In this document: in pieces, positions 60,401 through 64,000 of the stretch
Layout: each line of letters begins with the position of its first letter
Numbering within the stretch: position 1 is the stretch's first letter
From: Thermoplasmata archaeon
GTDB lineage: Archaea > Thermoplasmatota > E2 > DHVEG-1
Direction of reading: 5' to 3'
Length of the DNA stretch: 64,000 nucleotides
Assembly: GCA_020054475.1 (NCBI GenBank)
Contig: JAHWGJ010000005.1
Location: forward strand, 1,025-65,024
Notes under the pieces: model-generated
What the model was told of the DNA's origin: nothing
What the model saw: only the letters and a program-made list of their open reading frames with translations
The model's database searches: none
Program-made: the position numbers and the translations under genes

Positions 60401-60502
60401 ATGTCGGAGGATTTTTCAAAACATTTGGAAAAAAGAATAAAGGAAATGCGGGAAAGAATGGCAAAATCTAAGCTACATGGAACAAAGAAAGGAAAATATT
60501 GA
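60401..60502 (+). CDS. possible 33-aa basic peptide
   Basis: GGTGAGG SD 4-5 nt before the ATG. Translation: MSEDFSKHLEKRIKEMRERMAKSKLHGTKKGKY. No homology recognised. Confidence 0.3.
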   Translation: MSEDFSKHLEKRIKEMRERMAKSKLHGTKKGKY

Positions 60503-60663
60503 ATTATTAATATAATAGATATAATTTTAAATATAATTAAAATATTTAATATTTATCTTCTTTTGTTAATAAATTATACATGTTTTCATAAAAAATAATT
60601 ATCCATATCTGTTGAACAAAATTAGATTACATTGAAAATTTAACAAAACCCGACTAATTTTAA

Positions 60664-60780
60664 ATGGGCTTATCCGAGCTCGAGTTGCCTTACAGTAGAG
60701 ATTACTCTGGATTGTCCCCAATTTTTGGGGTCAACTCAAAGCCCGGTCCTTTTTCACTTTAAATCCTTTTTTTCTTTTTA
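60664..60780 (+). repeat. conserved ~115-nt element, copy C (candidate structured RNA or recombination site)
   Basis: Aligns with 62874..62994. Contains AGAG-ATTA-CTCT and CCCCAA-TTT-TTGGGG hairpins, possible closing helices GGGCTT/AAGCCC and GAGTTG/CAACTC, then T5/T7/T5 runs. Confidence 0.6.
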
Positions 60781-60869
60781 AAAATTAAATTTTTTAGTAA
60801 TACTTTTGAACAATATTTACATATAATTAATGATTATTAGATGATGACAGATGTTGGGGGAGACATTCA

Positions 60870-62102
60870 TTGGATTATTCTTTATGGTTAATAATCGGTG
60901 GATCTAGTGCTATTGCCTTTTACATGGCTTGGAGCATTGGTGCAAATGATGTTGCAAATTCAATGGCTACTGCTGTTGGTTCAAAAGCTATTACATTTAA
61001 ACAAGCTGTGGTTATTGCAGGTGTTCTTAATTTTATTGGAGCTGTTTTTGTGGGCCCTCATGTCGCTGAAACTATTAAAGGTAAAATCATTAATGTTGAT
61101 ATTATTGCACCCGAGATTTTATTACTTGGTTTCATTTCTTCTATTCTTGCTGCTGCAATTTGGGTTACATTATCAACATGGAAAGAGATGCCGATTTCAA
61201 CGACTCATTCAATTATTGGAGCTATGATGGGTTTTGGATTAATTGCAGGTGGAATTTCACTTGTAAATTGGATGAAAGTTGGATCAGTCGCTGCAAGTTG
61301 GGTATTGTCTCCACTTGCTGGATGTGTATTAGCATTCATTATTTTTAAAATTATAATTAAACTAATTTTTGCAAAAGAAAATCCAGTTGAATCTGCTAAA
61401 ATAATAGGTCCTTTAATTATTGGTGTAACAGCTTTTTTAATAACTTCATCTTTATTATTAAAAACATCTTTAGGGGATAGACTAAAAGTTTCTGATTTTG
61501 AAGTATTGTCAATTTCATTAGTTATAGCAGTTATTATTTCATTAATTGGTATAATTCTACTTAGAAAGATAAAATCAAAATCAGTTGAGGATTATAAAAC
61601 AGTAGAAGGAATCTTTAGAAAACTGCAGGTAATAACATGTTGTTATGTTGCTTTTTCACATGGTGCAAATGATGTAGCAAATGCAATTGGACCTGTTGCA
61701 GGAATTATCCCTCTTGCAAGTACAGGAGAATTGAATCCCACTGCTCAAATCCCAACTGCCCTTTTAGCCCTCGGTGGTTTTGGAATTGCATTTGGTTGTA
61801 TGACTTGGGGAAGAAAGGTTATGGAAACTGTGGGTAAGAAAATAACAAGTTTAAATCACACGAGAGGTTTTTCTGTTGAATTTGCAGCTGCAACTACTGT
61901 TCTCGTAGCTTCAAAACTGGGTTTACCAATATCAACATCGCATACTGTTGTTGGGGCAGTTATAGGTGTTGGACTTGCTAGGGGTTTGGAAGCTGTTGAT
62001 ATCGCAATTATAAAGAAAATTGTTGTTTCATGGCTTCTTACCTTACCTGTTGCTGCTTTAACCTCAGTGGTAATTTTTATATGTTTGAGATTTATATTAT
62101 AA
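60870..62102 (+). CDS. pitA: inorganic phosphate transporter, PiT family
   Basis: Duplicated GANDVAN signature (aa ~24 and ~266). 10-12 TM helices. TTG start 8 nt after GGGGGAG. Confidence 0.9.
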   Translation: MDYSLWLIIGGSSAIAFYMAWSIGANDVANSMATAVGSKAITFKQAVVIAGVLNFIGAVFVGPHVAETIKGKIINVDIIAPEILLLGFISSILAAAIWVTLSTWKEMPISTTHSIIGAMMGFGLIAGGISLVNWMKVGSVAASWVLSPLAGCVLAFIIFKIIIKLIFAKENPVESAKIIGPLIIGVTAFLITSSLLLKTSLGDRLKVSDFEVLSISLVIAVIISLIGIILLRKIKSKSVEDYKTVEGIFRKLQVITCCYVAFSHGANDVANAIGPVAGIIPLASTGELNPTAQIPTALLALGGFGIAFGCMTWGRKVMETVGKKITSLNHTRGFSVEFAAATTVLVASKLGLPISTSHTVVGAVIGVGLARGLEAVDIAIIKKIVVSWLLTLPVAALTSVVIFICLRFIL

Positions 62103-62125
62103 AATTATAGGATTGTGTGAAATTG

Positions 62126-62824
62126 ATGGTTAAAAAAAGAGATCATTTTAGAGCCCCTGTTTCAGATACTTTTAGAAGAAAATCCCCTTTTAGACAATTA
62201 CTTCTACATATGAAAAAAGTCAGAAAATGTATTGATATCCTTGGAGAGGGTTTAGTTATATATTACAAGGGGGATTATAAATCGTTTTCAAAATTATCTA
62301 AAGATGTATCAAAAATTGAACATGAAGCCGATTTAATAAAACGAAACATTAGAAATCATCTTCCCAAAACACTTTTTATGCCTGTTGATAAAGGTAAATT
62401 TTTATGGGCATTGAGAGAAGAAGATAAAATCCTTGATCATGCTGAAAATCTTGTTAAAATGCTTGAAATGAGACATACAAAGATACCAAAAGAATTACAA
62501 GATATGTTCATTAATCATTTGGAATTAGTTGTAAAAACAGTAAGTACTGTTGAAGATGCTGTAAAACATATAATGAATTTACTTGAAGCAAGTTTTATTC
62601 AGAGGGAAAGGGAACATGTTAAGCAATATATCTATCAAGTTCATCAACATGAGTGGGAAGCAGATCAGATTAAAATGAACATAAATAAAAAAATCTATGA
62701 GATTGAAAAAAAATTAGCCCCCATGGATGTTTATCATTTATTAAAAATCGCTGATTGGGTGGATGATATTGCTGATCATTCAGAGAATGTTGCAGATTGG
62801 TTAAGATCAATGATTGCAAAATAA
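62126..62824 (+). CDS. DUF47 / PhoU-like phosphate-transport regulator (Pit accessory protein)
   Basis: Helical protein with E.EAD..KR and W.DDIADHSE motifs, adjacent to pitA as in the known pit-DUF47 pairs. ATG 62126 preferred over the GTG at 62117. Confidence 0.85.
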   Translation: MVKKRDHFRAPVSDTFRRKSPFRQLLLHMKKVRKCIDILGEGLVIYYKGDYKSFSKLSKDVSKIEHEADLIKRNIRNHLPKTLFMPVDKGKFLWALREEDKILDHAENLVKMLEMRHTKIPKELQDMFINHLELVVKTVSTVEDAVKHIMNLLEASFIQREREHVKQYIYQVHQHEWEADQIKMNINKKIYEIEKKLAPMDVYHLLKIADWVDDIADHSENVADWLRSMIAK

Positions 62825-62873
62825 TTAATTATAACTGTTAAAAGTATATAAAAAGATATTTAAATATATATAT

Positions 62874-62994
62874 ATGAGCTTAGCCGAGAGTGCTATGTCT
62901 TAAAGGAGAGATTACTCTGGGTAGCCCCCCCCATTTTTGGGGTCAACTCAAAATCTAGTCCTTTTCACTTTAAAATCCTTCTTTTTTACTTTTT
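62874..62994 (+). repeat. conserved ~115-nt element, copy D
   Basis: ATGAGCTTAGCCGAG...GAGAGATTACTCTGG...CCCCATTTTTGGGGTCAACTCAAA...GTCCTTTTCACTTTAAAATCC. Same orientation as copy C, 2210 nt downstream of it. Confidence 0.6.
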
Positions 62995-63214
62995 AATATT
63001 TTTTATTATATATTTTCCATTAGAAATTAAGGGAATGTTGAGTTTTATCATAATTTTTAAGTACATAACTATTTAACCTAATATATCGTATATAGTTATA
63101 GAAAAGAGTAAAGATAATAACTTAACTATTTCGTTTTTTCAAAATTTTTAAGATATTTTATTTTTGATTCTTTAATACATTCCAGACCTAAATGATTTGA
63201 GGAGGTGATATACA

Positions 63215-63511
63215 ATGAACAATAATGCTAAAAAAATTCAAAAAATAATAAAATCAAGAAATACCCATAAAATAATCTATCAACAGTCAAAAATAATGAA
63301 AGGAAACTCATTTGTAAATTAGGTATTTCAACAAGCAAATAAATCTAAAATTAGGATAAACATGTTAAAAAATTGCAGATATGTATATTGTAGACAAAAA
63401 TTTCTAACTTAAGAATCTTTAAAAAATTACTTGATAAAAGTTGGAACATACATATAAAATCTTCTTGATAATATACAAAAATTATCAGAATTGATATTTT
63501 TACTATTATGA
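63215..63511 (+). pseudogene. mini-ORF 1: 98 codons to TGA, interrupted by in-frame TAG (63320), TAA (63410) and TAA (63455)
   Basis: Strong SD GAGGAGGTGA (63199-63208) 6 nt before the ATG. Contains CRYVYCRQKFLT*ESLKNYL. The terminal TGA overlaps the next ATG. Confidence 0.4.
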
Positions 63512-63654
63512 AAAAATATGTAGAAAATAAGATGGTTTATATGAAAATAAAATGTTAATATTGTGGAAATATTTTAGATTATCAAGGTAAATCTAAATGG
63601 TATTTAGCTTGTCCAAAATGTTAAAATACAATAAACATTAAAGAATTAAAATGA
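63508..63654 (+). pseudogene. mini-ORF 2: zinc-ribbon protein interrupted by in-frame TAA (63556, 63622)
   Basis: MKKYVENKMVYMKIKC*YCGNILDYQGKSKWYLACPKC*NTINIKELK. ATGA overlaps at both ends. Confidence 0.5.
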
Positions 63655-63676
63655 AATGCTAGGAAAAGATGAAATA

Positions 63677-63787
63677 ATGAAATGTCCATTGATTTTAAAA
63701 ACTATAGAGTCGCAGGATTGCATTGAAGATAAATGTTATTTTTATAAATTAGATAACAGTAATTGCAAATGGATGGTGACTAAATGA
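63677..63787 (+). CDS. mini-ORF 4: 36-aa Cys-rich protein (intact under the standard code)
   Basis: MKCPLILKTIESQDCIEDKCYFYKLDNSNCKWMVTK. ATGA overlaps at both ends. Confidence 0.4.
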   Translation: MKCPLILKTIESQDCIEDKCYFYKLDNSNCKWMVTK

Positions 63788-63912
63788 AAATAATGATTTG
63801 CATAGAATGCGGTTATAAGATGAAACAACATGGAAAATTTGAATTCATATATTACTGCAACAATATTCTATGCAAATATAACAAGTCATTTGTTACAAGA
63901 AAGGGATTATAA
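63784..63912 (+). CDS. mini-ORF 5: 42-aa zinc-ribbon-like protein
   Basis: MKIMICIECGYKMKQHGKFEFIYYCNNILCKYNKSFVTRKGL, then TAA. The next ATG is 2 nt downstream. Confidence 0.45.
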   Translation: MKIMICIECGYKMKQHGKFEFIYYCNNILCKYNKSFVTRKGL

Positions 63913-63913
63913 A

Positions 63914-64000
63914 ATGAATGGTGATAAAAAATTTAAGGAAATCTATGATAAATTTGGTGGGAGTTATAGCAAGATTATTGAAGAACAGCTTAGGATACTA
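63914..64000 (+). CDS. 5' part of a further ORF running off the window
   Basis: MNGDKKFKEIYDKFGGSYSKIIEEQLRIL... 29 stop-free codons to the window edge. Confidence 0.4.
   Translation, partial: MNGDKKFKEIYDKFGGSYSKIIEEQLRIL

Noticed and set aside
60664-60780. Whether the repeat at 60664/62874 is a tRNA, in particular a suppressor tRNA (it contains TTA within AGAG-ATTA-CTCT) that could explain the in-frame TAA codons downstream.
   Set aside because: A cloverleaf cannot be drawn. There is no D arm. The would-be anticodon hairpin has a 4-nt loop, or a loop with A at position 33 or a pyrimidine at position 37. The CCCC/GGGG hairpin lacks a TTCRAnn T-loop. The acceptor pairing is not kept in copy D.
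60841-60847. ATGATGA (a C-box-like motif) just upstream of pitA as part of a C/D box sRNA.
   Set aside because: There is no CTGA D box at an appropriate distance and no terminal pairing. The motif lies within the SD and leader region of pitA.
63910-63924. Readthrough of TAA 63910 extending mini-ORF 5 by NEW to TGA 63922.
   Set aside because: The next ATG (63914) follows the TAA by 2 nt in the usual coupled arrangement. TAA is most simply a genuine stop here. This is kept as counter-evidence in the recoding finding.
1-64000. CRISPR arrays, rRNA genes, IS elements or transposases, and integrases.
   Set aside because: I saw no regularly spaced direct repeats, no rRNA-like GC-rich blocks and no DDE, serine or tyrosine recombinase-like ORFs on either strand.

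Overview
Visibly AT-rich (roughly 70% A+T by eye, not computed) chromosomal segment of an archaeon. Archaeal markers are TFB and TBP in tandem, aEF-1beta with its zinc-ribbon partner, an IPK/IDI2/GGPP-synthase mevalonate cluster, an archaeal-type GluRS and one tRNA-Lys(CUU). Lineage cannot be assigned from sequence alone. It is not a reduced DPANN-like genome, because purF, carAB, pyrF and rpiA are present. Host genes use the standard code, with TAA, TAG and TGA all seen as terminators. Many genes are translationally coupled through ATGA overlaps and have GGAGG-type Shine-Dalgarno (SD) sites. The housekeeping content also includes a glycogen cluster (glgA-like, GH57, debranching enzyme, glgP), a 7.6-kb minus-strand glycosylation/envelope operon, two gingipain-like C25 peptidase paralogues plus a legumain-like peptidase, an HAE3 RND transporter, and pitA with a PhoU-like DUF47 gene. 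No rRNA, CRISPR array, transposase or integrase was recognised. The most unusual features are listed here. (1) From 63215 to the window end there is a chain of ATGA-coupled mini-ORFs, including zinc ribbons, that carry in-frame TAA/TAG codons but no frameshifts. This is either a decayed mobile-element remnant or stop-codon readthrough/recoding. (2) A conserved ~115-nt element with a GC hairpin and T-runs occurs twice in direct orientation, flanking pitA-DUF47 exactly. (3) A second ~100-nt repeat family flanks an orphan response regulator, with a diverged copy next to tRNA-Lys. (4) A DMT-type transporter is fused to an Lrp/AsnC RAM domain and coupled to a stand-alone RAM gene. (5) A secreted-protein cluster (DUF2202 ferritin-like plus acidic proteins) has an identical ~30-nt promoter-proximal motif in front of two of its units. 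(6) An MBL hydrolase is frameshifted in an A5 run, next to a decayed ribbon-helix-helix remnant. (7) A 380-nt ORF-poor, GC-elevated spacer ends in a 9-bp hairpin and a T12 run.
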